Assembly: GCA_963674755.2 (NCBI GenBank)
Contig: CAXXVS010000002.1
Span: 1,536,001-1,600,000 of the forward strand
Source: Desulfobacterales bacterium
Lineage (GTDB): Bacteria; Desulfobacterota; Desulfobacteria; Desulfobacterales; UBA5852
Length of the DNA stretch: 64,000 nt
Direction: 5' to 3'
The first letter of the stretch is position 1. Each line of letters begins with the position of its first letter. This document shows, piece after piece, positions 40,882-50,838 of this stretch. The translations under genes were made by a program, and so were the position numbers. The notes below the pieces were generated by a model. It worked only from the letters and a program-made list of their open reading frames with translations, was not told the origin of the DNA and made no database searches.

Positions 40882-40906
40882 GGGGTCGCATCTTAATTAT
40901 CAATTA
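40882..40906. repeat. Family B element, single arm
   Basis: GGGGTCGCATCTTAATTATCAATTA; best matches the inverted right arm. Confidence 0.8.
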
Positions 40907-41303
40907 TTCACGAATCCAACATAGACAAATTGGCTATGAATTCGATAACAAAATGGCTGAAGTCTCCGGACGCCCAAGCTACTCTTTCGCCTTTCAGATT
41001 GGGGACCGTCTCAGATCATTCAGCCAAAAACATCTAGTGAACTATCCGGAACACAACCACGACATTATACAGCTGACAACGTACGCATTAATGGGATGAG
41101 CCATAAATTCATTAGGTTTTTTATATTTGGATAACTTCTGTATCAATCATTTCATCTTTTATTATTTTTTCGATTTGCGCACTTTCTTTTTATGTTGCAT
41201 TAAAAACAAACTACATTTGAAAACTTCACCACCTACTGTTAGGAACGCGCAGAAATCCGCGCGCTTCAAAGGAGCATGATAGACCTATCAGGAGGACTTA
41301 TAA

Positions 41304-41627
41304 ATGAGCAACATTATCATCATAACAATCTTCGTATCTGGCATTATTGGAATTAAAAGCCCTATTGTTGCAGGTATTGTCAGTGCATTATTGTTTCCGT
41401 TATATTTCTACTTATTTGATTCTGTTAGTCTTTACAAATTGATACTGTTTGGTCCTGTAGGGTTTATTTTAGGCTATATTTTAGGAAAAATATCCTCCTG
41501 GTTCTTTTCTGGTTTTAAAGGTGGTAAACATAGTGGGGGGCCATCTTACATTGGCGGTGGAGAAAGAGGCAGGCACACTGGTGGTATAGTATATTCTGAT
41601 GATGAAATTAAAAATATGAAAAAATAA
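41304..41627 (+). CDS. Small membrane protein of cassette origin
   Basis: Hydrophobic 107-aa ORF with GGAGG RBS; GATAGAC upstream (41278) and GTCTAAC right after the stop (41629). Confidence 0.75.
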   Translation: MSNIIIITIFVSGIIGIKSPIVAGIVSALLFPLYFYLFDSVSLYKLILFGPVGFILGYILGKISSWFFSGFKGGKHSGGPSYIGGGERGRHTGGIVYSDDEIKNMKK

Positions 41628-41728
41628 AGTCTAACCATTAAAAAGCATATTGATATTCCCGTTATTGTCGTCGGAGGAATTCGGTCACTTGAGGCATATA
41701 ATTCTGACCAAGGAATAAGGAGCACACC

Positions 41729-42970
41729 ATGAAATCACCAAAAGTTTCTATTGTGTTCAGCAATTGCCTTATAGGGAATATTGAAATTAAAAACAGACTG
41801 ATAAGATCTGCCACCTATGAGAATGCCGCCACAAATGACGGCAAGGTAACCGAAAAACTGATCTCGATTTATCGTGAACTGGCAGAGGGAGGCGTCGGAC
41901 TCATCATTACAGGAACGATGGGGGTATCTGCAAAAGCAATGTCATATAGATTTGGCCTCGGCATTTATGATGACGCTCTTATCAAGGGCCTAAGAAAAAT
42001 ACCTCAGGCTGTTCGTGATGCCGACCGCACCTGCAAAATTATGGCACAGGTCTTTCACCCGGGCCGGCAGGTTATTCCCGATCAGCCAGGTCCGAAATTC
42101 ATCGCCAGCCTCCCAAGAGCGCTTATAACTTACATTCGGCGGCATCCTGAATCGTTGCAGTCCGGCGGACAGCACAAGACATCTGTCGAACCGACGGCGC
42201 CATCTCCCGTGTACGATGCTTTCTTCGAGCGCACCCCACGGGCATTAACGGTCGAGGAGATCGATGAGATCACCGACACGTTTGCGGAAGCAATCCGTCG
42301 GGCTCAGGAGGCTGAATTTGATGGGGTGCAGATTCATGCCGCTCACGGCTATTTACTCAGTTCGTTCCTGTCACCCTATACAAACAAGCGCGACGATCAG
42401 TATGGCGGTTCAACGGAGAACCGTGTTCGGATCTTTAGGGAAATTTACGAAAAAGCAACCAAGAAAGTCGGGGAGGACTTTCCGATCCTGATAAAGATAA
42501 ACACAACCGATTTTCTTCCCGGCGGAATGGATATTACGGAAGCCACGAAAGCCGCTGAAATACTGGAAAAGATCGGATTTGCCGCTATTGAGACAAGCGG
42601 TGGGATGTGGGAGGCTGTAACGCGGGGCCACGAAGAACTGGGTTGGCCTCCTGTTATTCTCCCGGAGGCTCGGACAGAGATAAGGTCCAAAGATCAGGAA
42701 GCCTACTTTCTGCCAGCCGCCAAGGCTCTGAAAAAGACAATGAATTGCCCCATTATGTTAGTCGGCGGCCTCAAGTCATTTGACCGGATAGAACAAATTC
42801 TTACGGCAGGAAGTGCGGATTTTGTATCGCTATCACGTCCTTTAATACGTCAGCCCGACCTGCCTGATTTATGGCTTTCAGGTGCTGGCCCGAATAGAGC
42901 GGAATGCATTTCCTGCAATGCTTGCCTGGCAATAGGCGCAGAACCGATAAGATGCAGAGCGAAAATATAG
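41729..42970 (+). CDS. NADH:flavin oxidoreductase (Old Yellow Enzyme family)
   Basis: KNRLIRSAT, DGVQIHAAHGYLLSSFLSP, RDDQYGGS, CISCNAC. Confidence 0.95.
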   Translation: MKSPKVSIVFSNCLIGNIEIKNRLIRSATYENAATNDGKVTEKLISIYRELAEGGVGLIITGTMGVSAKAMSYRFGLGIYDDALIKGLRKIPQAVRDADRTCKIMAQVFHPGRQVIPDQPGPKFIASLPRALITYIRRHPESLQSGGQHKTSVEPTAPSPVYDAFFERTPRALTVEEIDEITDTFAEAIRRAQEAEFDGVQIHAAHGYLLSSFLSPYTNKRDDQYGGSTENRVRIFREIYEKATKKVGEDFPILIKINTTDFLPGGMDITEATKAAEILEKIGFAAIETSGGMWEAVTRGHEELGWPPVILPEARTEIRSKDQEAYFLPAAKALKKTMNCPIMLVGGLKSFDRIEQILTAGSADFVSLSRPLIRQPDLPDLWLSGAGPNRAECISCNACLAIGAEPIRCRAKI

Positions 42971-43079
42971 AACCCGAAATGAGATATCGTCTATTCAGGT
43001 TCGCCCTTGTATGATCTATCAAATCTGGCTTTGGGCAACAGCCCGTTAATTCTTAATAAAATCGCCCATTAATCCGATA

Positions 43080-43685
43080 TCAGGCAGTTGATTTTGTCAA
43101 TCGCCGCATCGAGTAGTTATAAGAGATGATCTGCCATGCGATTAACATCAAAATCACCGTTGCGGTGGACACAGGAAGACCGGTGTAAGAGAATATGTCC
43201 TTCTTTTCGATTGTCTCTCCTGGTTTATCATGTCCGGAGTGCGCCAAGATATTGAAACCAAGACCCAATGAAACGACGCCGGTTTTGCCATCAATGGCCT
43301 TTTCCGGTGGCAGTCGATAAATAGAGACTTGAAAACAGGAAAGGCAAAAAAGGAAAATCAGGACTGCCAGCGAGGTCAGGAATGTTGTCCTGGCGGCTTT
43401 TCCCGTTAATAGGGCTTCGCGTTCGTCACGCTCGCGTATGAAAGTGAGTTTCGTCAATACCTGGTCACGAAACGGCTCCGAAACCATCAAGCGGACACAC
43501 AAATAAAGGGCAAGCGCCATCCAAAGTGCAAAGACAAACCCCACGATACTATTCAGCAAGTTAAGGTAGGCATTGGCGTGGTTAACAACGCCCGAGCTGT
43601 AAACGTAAGAAAAGGCCGCCAAAACGATGAATGCCGGAAGCCCGTATAAAAAAACCTTCAATAGGATTGAGTCAAGCCTCTTCAT
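43080..43685 (-). CDS. Membrane protein (DUF2178-like)
   Basis: Several TMs with a DERE motif; coupled to the XRE regulator. Confidence 0.7.
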   Translation of the reverse strand: MKRLDSILLKVFLYGLPAFIVLAAFSYVYSSGVVNHANAYLNLLNSIVGFVFALWMALALYLCVRLMVSEPFRDQVLTKLTFIRERDEREALLTGKAARTTFLTSLAVLIFLFCLSCFQVSIYRLPPEKAIDGKTGVVSLGLGFNILAHSGHDKPGETIEKKDIFSYTGLPVSTATVILMLIAWQIISYNYSMRRLTKSTA

Positions 43686-43912
43686 TCTGTCTCCTCCTCG
43701 ATCGAGAAAATGGTATTTATGTCGGCTCCGAAATAACGCGCAATGCGAAACGCCAATTCAAGCGAAGGGTTGTAACCGCCCCCCTCGATTGCCACAATGG
43801 TGGCCCGTGTTACCCCGACTTCTTTCGCGAGTTGCTCCTGGGTCATCCGCCTTTCGGCGCGGAGAACATGCAAACGGCTCACGATCTTTAGCTGTGGAAG
43901 GGACTTAGACAT
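43682..43912 (-). CDS. XRE-family HTH transcriptional regulator
   Basis: MTQEQLAKEVGVTRATIVAIEGGGYNPSLELAFRIA. Confidence 0.92.
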   Translation of the reverse strand: MSKSLPQLKIVSRLHVLRAERRMTQEQLAKEVGVTRATIVAIEGGGYNPSLELAFRIARYFGADINTIFSIEEETE

Positions 43913-44050
43913 GCTTCGCCTCTGATGTCTTGTTAATTTTACATAGTGTCACACATTCTATACTTTTTGTCAAGTTTATTTTACTTTCAGGCCAGAATCA
44001 ATCTGCTATTTCAACGTTACGACCAATCATAACTCTGAAAGGAGGATGAC

Positions 44051-45541
44051 ATGCCTAAGATCACCCCGCCGTTTTTCCCGATCATTTATGTCCGCGGTTA
44101 TGCGATGACCAAAAGCGAGATCGAAGCCACGGTAGCCACGCCCTATATGGGTTTCAATCTGGGCGCGACAAAAGTCCGCCAGGACTGGAACGGCAAGGTG
44201 GTCAAATATATTTTCGAATCGCCGCTGGTGCGGTTGATGAAGGACTATGACTACCGGGATATCTACGCGGATGGCAAGGAGCGCGCCGGGCTTGTTTCCC
44301 CGCGCCGCATCGTCATCTATCGCTATTACGAACAGGGCGATGTAGATCTGGGCAGTGGCCAGGTGCCGTCGATTACCGAGGCGGCGGAAGGCTTGGGGGA
44401 ACTGATCCTCAAACTTCGTGGACAAGTCTGCGGTGAGGACCAGGAAGCTGCCAAGGCTTTTCGGGTTTATCTGGTGGCCCATTCCATGGGAGGGCTCGTT
44501 TGCCGCTGCTTCCTGCAGAATCCTGCTGTATCCCGGGAAGAAGTGAAGAAGCTGGTGGACAAGGTTTTCACCTATGCAACGCCGCATAACGGTATCGAGA
44601 TGGCCGGTATGAACGTCCCCGAATTCCTCAGTCTATGGGACATGAACAACTTCAATCGCGATAAGATGGCCGGATACCTTGCGCTTCCCGGCCAACCGGA
44701 GAGGGTGGACGACCTTAACGGCACCTTCGATCCGAAACGTTTTTTCTGTCTGGTCGGGACCAACCACAAGGATTACGCCGCTGCGGCAGGACTCTCCCGC
44801 GTCATGGCCGGCGAAATGAGTGACGGACTGGTCAAGATTGAGAATGCCACCGTGCGCAATGCCCCGCGTGCCTTTGTCTATCGCAGCCACAGCGGCCCTT
44901 ACGGAATTGTCAATTCCGAGGAAGGGTATCAGAACCTGACCCGTTTCCTGTTCGGCAACGTCCAGGTGGACGGCATGCTCGAGGTGGAAAACCTACCCCT
45001 CCCGCCTCCAGTGAAGAAGGCCTACGACAACAACAAGCAAGTCCGAAGCTCCTATTTTTTCGAAGCCACCGTCTCGCCCCGCGGCGCGATAGACTATAAA
45101 CTCACCGAGCGCCGCAAAGAGACGTATTCCGCAGTCTTTCGAACCTTCGACGAGATCTTCCGGGTCGCAAGGGTCGACAGCCTGTCCGCACCGCGCATGC
45201 CTGTACTGTTCTCGGTTTTTCTCGACACGAAGAAAATCACTGTCGGCCGAACCGTGGTTTTCGGGGTGGATCTTAGTGTTTCCAGCACCGAATACGAGAT
45301 CGATGGATTCCTGTTCTTTAACCGAAGCATCCCCGGTGAATATCTCTTTAGGAACACCATCGTGATCCGCGCCACTCCCGATGGGGACAGCTGGCGGGTG
45401 CGCTATAACCTGACCGATGATGCCTGGAGCGACACCAGGGGCAAGGAGGCGGTAAGCGATGACGAAGGGTTTGTCATTCCCCTGCAGTCCGCCAAAGGGT
45501 TCAAGGGAAAACTGAGGCTGGATACCAAGAGGTGGGGGTGA
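44051..45541 (+). CDS. Alpha/beta hydrolase (PGAP1/lipase-like)
   Basis: VAHSMGGL nucleophile elbow, ATPHNG, SDGLV; GGAGG RBS. Confidence 0.88.
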   Translation: MPKITPPFFPIIYVRGYAMTKSEIEATVATPYMGFNLGATKVRQDWNGKVVKYIFESPLVRLMKDYDYRDIYADGKERAGLVSPRRIVIYRYYEQGDVDLGSGQVPSITEAAEGLGELILKLRGQVCGEDQEAAKAFRVYLVAHSMGGLVCRCFLQNPAVSREEVKKLVDKVFTYATPHNGIEMAGMNVPEFLSLWDMNNFNRDKMAGYLALPGQPERVDDLNGTFDPKRFFCLVGTNHKDYAAAAGLSRVMAGEMSDGLVKIENATVRNAPRAFVYRSHSGPYGIVNSEEGYQNLTRFLFGNVQVDGMLEVENLPLPPPVKKAYDNNKQVRSSYFFEATVSPRGAIDYKLTERRKETYSAVFRTFDEIFRVARVDSLSAPRMPVLFSVFLDTKKITVGRTVVFGVDLSVSSTEYEIDGFLFFNRSIPGEYLFRNTIVIRATPDGDSWRVRYNLTDDAWSDTRGKEAVSDDEGFVIPLQSAKGFKGKLRLDTKRWG

Positions 45542-45728
45542 AAAGGAATATGGGGGGGTGATCGCCCATATTTCCCGGGAAAGGTCGCGGGGTCGCCATT
45601 CACAAAGGACTCGCAGGGACGGGCTACCTTGGTTTTATCCAAGCTAAGTATTGAAATCTCATCTGCTAAATCTGTATTCCCTGCTCGCCTGTGATGGTGG
45701 GCGTTAGACCGATTAGGAGAACCTCTAT

Positions 45729-45901
45729 ATGAGCAACATCATCATCAGAACAATCTTCGTATCGGGCATCATTGGGATTTAAAGCCCTATGGTTGCCGGT
45801 ATTGTCAGTGCATTATTGTTTCCGTTATATTTCTACTTATTTGACTCCGTTAGTCTTTACAAATTGATACTGTTTGATCCTGTAGGGTTTATTTTAGGCT
45901 A
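45729..45901 (+). pseudogene. Truncated duplicate of the 41304-41627 membrane gene
   Basis: Near-identical 5' ~170 nt with an early TAA (ATT AAA to ATT TAA); preceded by core GTTAGAC at 45703-45709. Confidence 0.88.
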
Positions 45902-46017
45902 AATAAATATTTCAAAACGCATTATTTCAAAGGGTGCAATGAAGGCATGGCATCAACGCCGATACTATCATTAGTTCATGCCGACATTGAGAATAGGGAT
46001 TCGCGGGATAAACAACC

Positions 46018-46497
46018 ATGAGAGATTTTCTGCTCGGTGGATTACTGAAAATTATACCCTATGAGGATGCATACAAAACGCCATTAAGACAACTCACCTT
46101 GGAGTGGCTGGAAAAATATGTTTCCGTGGAACCGGAAGACGCGCTTTTTCTGAACGACCCGGACAAATACGTTTCCAGCAGGGATGGGGCGATCTATCTG
46201 GCCCGATATGATGGCGATATTGTAGGAACCGTGGCCCTCTACAAGCTTTCCGAACGCAATTATGAGCTGGCGAAGCTGGCCGTAACGGAACGCTGCAAAG
46301 GAAAACGGATCGGTTGCGCCCTGATCGAGCACGGCATCGAGACATGCCGCCGTTGGGGGGCGGATACCATCACCCTATTCACCACCAAACGCCTTGAAGC
46401 TGCTTACCGGCTCTATCTCAAATATGGTTTTCGCGAAGTTCCGGATGGAAAACAAAAGTATATCGAGTCCGACACCCAAATGATTCTCAAGATATAG
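46018..46497 (+). CDS. GNAT family N-acetyltransferase
   Basis: ELAKLAV...KGKRIG...AYRLYLKYGF. Confidence 0.9.
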   Translation: MRDFLLGGLLKIIPYEDAYKTPLRQLTLEWLEKYVSVEPEDALFLNDPDKYVSSRDGAIYLARYDGDIVGTVALYKLSERNYELAKLAVTERCKGKRIGCALIEHGIETCRRWGADTITLFTTKRLEAAYRLYLKYGFREVPDGKQKYIESDTQMILKI

Positions 46498-46622
46498 TCT
46501 CAAGACCTTGATCGTTTCTCAAAGAGACAAGAGAGCATGGATGAAGGGGGGGCTGGATTCCTGATTCCCAAAAAGTTTATTTCTCTCTGATCAGATCTCC
46601 TGAATTGTTTTTTCAACCTTGT

Positions 46623-48515
46623 TTACGGCTTTGGATCCCCGGCGTCCGCCATGGGGCCTCCTGCGGCTCTGGCCATGGCTTGCGCCCGGTCCCGGAACTG
46701 GCTCATGTACAGGCGATGGTAGACGCCTCCCAAAGCCAGGAGTTCGGTGTGGCGGCCCCGTTCCACCACCCTGCCCTGCTCCATGACAATCAGCTGGTCG
46801 GCATGGGCGATGGTGGAAAGCCGGTGGGCGATGATGAAGCTGGTGCGGCCCTTCATCAATTGCTGGAGGGCGTTTTGAATATGCAGCTCGGTGCGGGTGT
46901 CGACGGAGCTGGTGGCCTCATCCAGGATGAGGATGGCCGGATCGGCCAGGATGGCCCGGGCAATGGTTAACAGTTGGCGCTGGCCTTCGGAGAGGTTGGC
47001 CCCCCGTTCCGCCAGCACCGTAGCGTAACCCCGGGGGAGCCGGCGGATAAACCCGTCCGCATGGGCCAGCCGGGCGGCCTCGCAAACCTCCTCGTCCGTG
47101 GCATCCAGCCGGCCGTAGCGAATGTTTTCCATCACCGACTCGCTGAAAAGAAACGACTGTTGCAGGACCACCCCCAGCTGCCGCCGCAGGCTGTCCCGGG
47201 TCACGGCACGGATGTCGACGCCGTCCAGGTAGATGTTTCCTTCATCGCTGTCATAAAAGCGCGAGAGCAGGTTGACCAGGGTCGTCTTCCCGGCGCCGGT
47301 GTGCCCGACAAGCGCGATCTGCTCGCCGGGGCGGGCATGGATGGAGACATCCTGCAGCACCGGGACGCCGGGCACATAGGCAAAGGTGACGTGTTCCAGC
47401 CGCACGTCACCGGCCAGCCGGGGAAGCGCGGGCGCCCCGGGCGCATCGGTTTGATCCGGCGCCGTATCCAGGATTTCAAAAATGCGTTCGGCCCCGGCCA
47501 GGGCGGCCTGGATCTGGTTGTACAGATTGCCCAGTTGGCGCAGCGGCTCGGCAAAGCGCCGCGAGTACGTGATAAACGCGGCAATCGTGCCGATCGTGAC
47601 CATCCCCCGCAGTGCCAGCCAGCCGCCAAATCCGCACAGCACGGCCACATTCAGATTGGACAGGATGCCCATCATGGGCATCACCAGAAGGGCCAGGGTC
47701 ATGGCCTTCACCCCCACCGCGCGGGCCGCCTCATTGGCCTGGTCGAAGCGGTGCAAAACGGTCTCTTCCTGCCCGAAGGCCAGGACGACCCGTTGCCCGC
47801 TGTAGGTCTCCTCTAACACGGCGTTCAGCGCACCCAACCGCATCTGGTAGCTGCGAAAGACCGCGCGTGTCCTGCGGCCGACCATGCCTACGAGGCCGAT
47901 CATCAGGGGGAAGGCAATCATCGAGGCCAGGGTCAGCCAGGGGCTGAGAACCGCCATGACCGCCAGAATACCGGCAATGGTCAGGATCCCGGTAAACAGT
48001 TGGGTGGCGTTGTAGGTCAGCACCTGGCTGATGGCATCCATGTCGTTGGTCAGCCGGCTCATCAGATCCCCCTGGGAGCGGGAATCGAAGAATCGCAGAG
48101 ACAGCGTCTGCAAATGACTGAAAAGCGCGGCCCGCAACGCGCGCATGACCTGCTGGGCGATGCCGGCGATCAGAACGCCCTGTCCGAGCTGGGCGGCTGC
48201 GGATAGCAGGTATACTCCCATCATGAGGAGGGTCAGCCGCAGGAGGGCGGCCAGGTTTCCGCCGACGAGTTGGTCAATGGCCCGTCCCATCAGGAAGGGG
48301 CCGGCAATGGCCAAAGCGGTGGCGCATGCGGCCAGCATAACCACCAGGACAAGGGCGCCGCGATGGGGGTGCAGATAGGGCATCAGGCGGCCCAAGGCCC
48401 CCTTGGCGTCCCGGGCCCGTTCCGCGGTCGGCCCCTGGCCGCCAACTTTGCCGCCCGGCCCCGGCAACCCGGAAATGCCCGGCGACGCCTGTTTGGGCGT
48501 GGGGTCAGCCGTCAT
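46623..48515 (-). CDS. ABC exporter, fused permease/ATPase
   Basis: TM domain, GHTGAGKT, LSEGQRQ, ILDEATS. Confidence 0.95.
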   Translation of the reverse strand: MTADPTPKQASPGISGLPGPGGKVGGQGPTAERARDAKGALGRLMPYLHPHRGALVLVVMLAACATALAIAGPFLMGRAIDQLVGGNLAALLRLTLLMMGVYLLSAAAQLGQGVLIAGIAQQVMRALRAALFSHLQTLSLRFFDSRSQGDLMSRLTNDMDAISQVLTYNATQLFTGILTIAGILAVMAVLSPWLTLASMIAFPLMIGLVGMVGRRTRAVFRSYQMRLGALNAVLEETYSGQRVVLAFGQEETVLHRFDQANEAARAVGVKAMTLALLVMPMMGILSNLNVAVLCGFGGWLALRGMVTIGTIAAFITYSRRFAEPLRQLGNLYNQIQAALAGAERIFEILDTAPDQTDAPGAPALPRLAGDVRLEHVTFAYVPGVPVLQDVSIHARPGEQIALVGHTGAGKTTLVNLLSRFYDSDEGNIYLDGVDIRAVTRDSLRRQLGVVLQQSFLFSESVMENIRYGRLDATDEEVCEAARLAHADGFIRRLPRGYATVLAERGANLSEGQRQLLTIARAILADPAILILDEATSSVDTRTELHIQNALQQLMKGRTSFIIAHRLSTIAHADQLIVMEQGRVVERGRHTELLALGGVYHRLYMSQFRDRAQAMARAAGGPMADAGDPKP

Positions 48516-50277
48516 GATGCCTCGCCTTTTCCGCTGTCGGCTGCCCGAGCTGGGAGCGATAGATGTCCTGATAGGCGGCACTCGTGGCGAGCAGTTGACG
48601 GTGGGTGCCCATGGCGCTGATCCGCCCCTGTTCGAGGACCACTATCTTGTCGGCCAGCAGCACCGTGCTGATGCGCTGGGCCACGATGAAACGGGTGGTG
48701 GCCCTTTGCGAATCGGCGATGAGCCGGTCGAGGGCGTCCTGCAGCCGGACTTCGGTCTCGATATCCAGCGCGCTGGTGGAATCGTCGAGGATCAGGACTT
48801 TGGGCTGGACCAGCAAAGCCCGCGCAATGGCGATCCGCTGGCGCTGTCCGCCGGAAAGCGTCACGCCCCGCTGGCCGATCACGGTGTCGTAGCCGTCGGC
48901 CAGCGCGGCAATGAACGGGTCGGCCTGGGCCGCCCGGGCCGCCGCCCGCACCTCCGCATCGCTGGCGGCCCTTCGGCCGTAACGGATATTGTCGCGGATG
49001 CTGCCGCTGAAAAGGACCGACTCCTGCAAAGCGATTCCGACCGCGCCTCGCAAAGCGGCGAGGTCCAGCTCCCGCACGTCCATGCCGTCGAAGGTAATCC
49101 GCCCGGCCGTTACGTCATAGAAGCGCGGAATGAGGTGGATCAGGGTCGACTTGCCCGCGCCGGTGGCCCCCACGATGGCCACCGTCTCCCCGGGCTCGGC
49201 CGTGAAACTGACGTCCGACAGAACGGGTTCGGCGCCGTTGCCGGCATAGCTGAAGCAGACGTTCTCAAAGACGATCCGTCCCCGGGGATTGACGAGCTGG
49301 GATGCCGATGCCGATTGCCGGACATGGGGCGCGGCGTCAAGGACCTCCAGAATCCGGGCGGCCGAGGCCTCCGCGGCGGAGATGGGCCCGAGCATCCCGG
49401 TCAGCAGGAGGATCGGGAAAAGGGCAAAGGAAAGATAATTGATGGCGGCCACCACCTGTCCGGAGGTCATCTGGCCCGCCAGGGCGCTGCGCCCACCGAT
49501 CCAGAGCGCGGCCGCGATCGCCAGGTTGACCATCAGCAACATCACGGGCGCAAAGACCGCCATGAGATGCGCAACCCGGATCGTCTGGTCCATCAGGGCC
49601 TGGTTGGCCGCATCGAAACGGGCTTCTTCATGGGCCGTGCGGCAGAGGGCCTTGACCACGCGCATCCCGGCCAGGTTTTCCTGGAGGACGACGTTCAGCC
49701 GGTCGAGCCGCTGCTGGACCCACCGGAACAGCGGCCGGGCCTGGCGGGAAAACAGCCACACCAGCACTACGATCAGGGGGACAAAGGCGGCCATGATCAC
49801 GGCAAAACGGCGGCTGGTGAGAACCAGCATCACCGTGGCCCCGCAGGTCCAGATGGGCGCCCGGGTTAAGATGCGCAGGGACAGCATCACGATGAGCTGG
49901 ACCATACGGACGTCGCTCGTGGAGCGCACGATGAGATTGCCGGTCTGGAGCCGGTCGAGGTTGCCGAAGGAAAAGGTCTGAACCTTGCGGATCATGGCGC
50001 TGCGCAGGTCGGCGCCGAACCCCATGGCGACCTTCACCGACAGGTAATTGTTGGCGATGGCCAGGCCGGCCGAGAACAGGGCGGCCCCCACCATCACAAG
50101 GGCCGTCGTCATGATGACGTGCAGGTCGCGGGGCACGATCCCCTGATCGATGATGCGCTGGGTCAGATGCGGTATGAGCAGGTCGGCCCCCACCATGGCC
50201 AGGAGCAGGATCAGCGCGACCGCGGCCGGACTGCGGTAAGGCCGCAAATAGGCGTAGAGGCGCAGGAGGGATTTCAC
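48505..50277 (-). CDS. ABC exporter, fused permease/ATPase (heterodimer partner)
   Basis: GATGAGKS, LSGGQRQR, degenerate ILDDSTS and AQR switch. Confidence 0.95.
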   Translation of the reverse strand: MKSLLRLYAYLRPYRSPAAVALILLLAMVGADLLIPHLTQRIIDQGIVPRDLHVIMTTALVMVGAALFSAGLAIANNYLSVKVAMGFGADLRSAMIRKVQTFSFGNLDRLQTGNLIVRSTSDVRMVQLIVMLSLRILTRAPIWTCGATVMLVLTSRRFAVIMAAFVPLIVVLVWLFSRQARPLFRWVQQRLDRLNVVLQENLAGMRVVKALCRTAHEEARFDAANQALMDQTIRVAHLMAVFAPVMLLMVNLAIAAALWIGGRSALAGQMTSGQVVAAINYLSFALFPILLLTGMLGPISAAEASAARILEVLDAAPHVRQSASASQLVNPRGRIVFENVCFSYAGNGAEPVLSDVSFTAEPGETVAIVGATGAGKSTLIHLIPRFYDVTAGRITFDGMDVRELDLAALRGAVGIALQESVLFSGSIRDNIRYGRRAASDAEVRAAARAAQADPFIAALADGYDTVIGQRGVTLSGGQRQRIAIARALLVQPKVLILDDSTSALDIETEVRLQDALDRLIADSQRATTRFIVAQRISTVLLADKIVVLEQGRISAMGTHRQLLATSAAYQDIYRSQLGQPTAEKARHHDG

Positions 50278-50786
50278 CGGTCCTTCTCCTCACGTTCCCG
50301 GGAAGCGGCCTGTTTCAGGCATGACCGATCTGACTCCGGGATGGCTGCGTCGGACAGATAGCGGTGAACCTTGCCAAGCGCCCTGGTGAGAATTTCGTAC
50401 TCCTGCGCGCTCAGCAGCGATGTCATTTCACGGTCCAATTCCCGGAAGGAGGCGCGAGCTTCCCGACGGAGCTTGCGGGCCTTCTCGGTCAGATAAACCC
50501 GCACCACGCGCCGGTCCGCTTCGCCCCGGCGGCGATCGACCCAGCCGTCGCGCTCCATGCGCCGCAAAGTGCTGGTGGCCGTGGGCGGCCTGATATGCAG
50601 GGCCTGGGCGAGCAGGCTCTGGGAAAGGCCGTCTTCCTGCCAGAGCTGAAAGAGAATCATCCCCTGGGCGTGGTGCAGGCCGATGTTTTCCAGCATCAAT
50701 CTTCGGCGTCGGCCCACCAGGCGGCAGACCTGCCCCAGCAGATGTCCGAGGGTAAACTTGCGTGGGTCTTCCTGCGTATCAACCAT
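50274..50786 (-). CDS. MarR family transcriptional regulator
   Basis: LSQSLLAQAL...MERDGWV...DRRVVRVYLT. Confidence 0.92.
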   Translation of the reverse strand: MVDTQEDPRKFTLGHLLGQVCRLVGRRRRLMLENIGLHHAQGMILFQLWQEDGLSQSLLAQALHIRPPTATSTLRRMERDGWVDRRRGEADRRVVRVYLTEKARKLRREARASFRELDREMTSLLSAQEYEILTRALGKVHRYLSDAAIPESDRSCLKQAASREREEKDR

Positions 50787-50801
50787 AAGGGCCGGTCCCT
50801 G

Positions 50802-50838
50802 TTAGTTAGATAGCTAATTATTAGTTAGCTAACTAATA
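50802..50838. promoter_or_regulatory. Putative MarR operator (tandem palindromes)
   Basis: Perfect 20-bp palindrome TATTAGTTAGCTAACTAATA at 50819-50838 plus imperfect TTAGTTAGATAGCTAA at 50802-50817. Confidence 0.75.

Noticed and set aside
26200..46500. Complete integron or prophage
   Set aside because: No tyrosine-recombinase/intI ORF and no phage structural genes are recognisable in the window.
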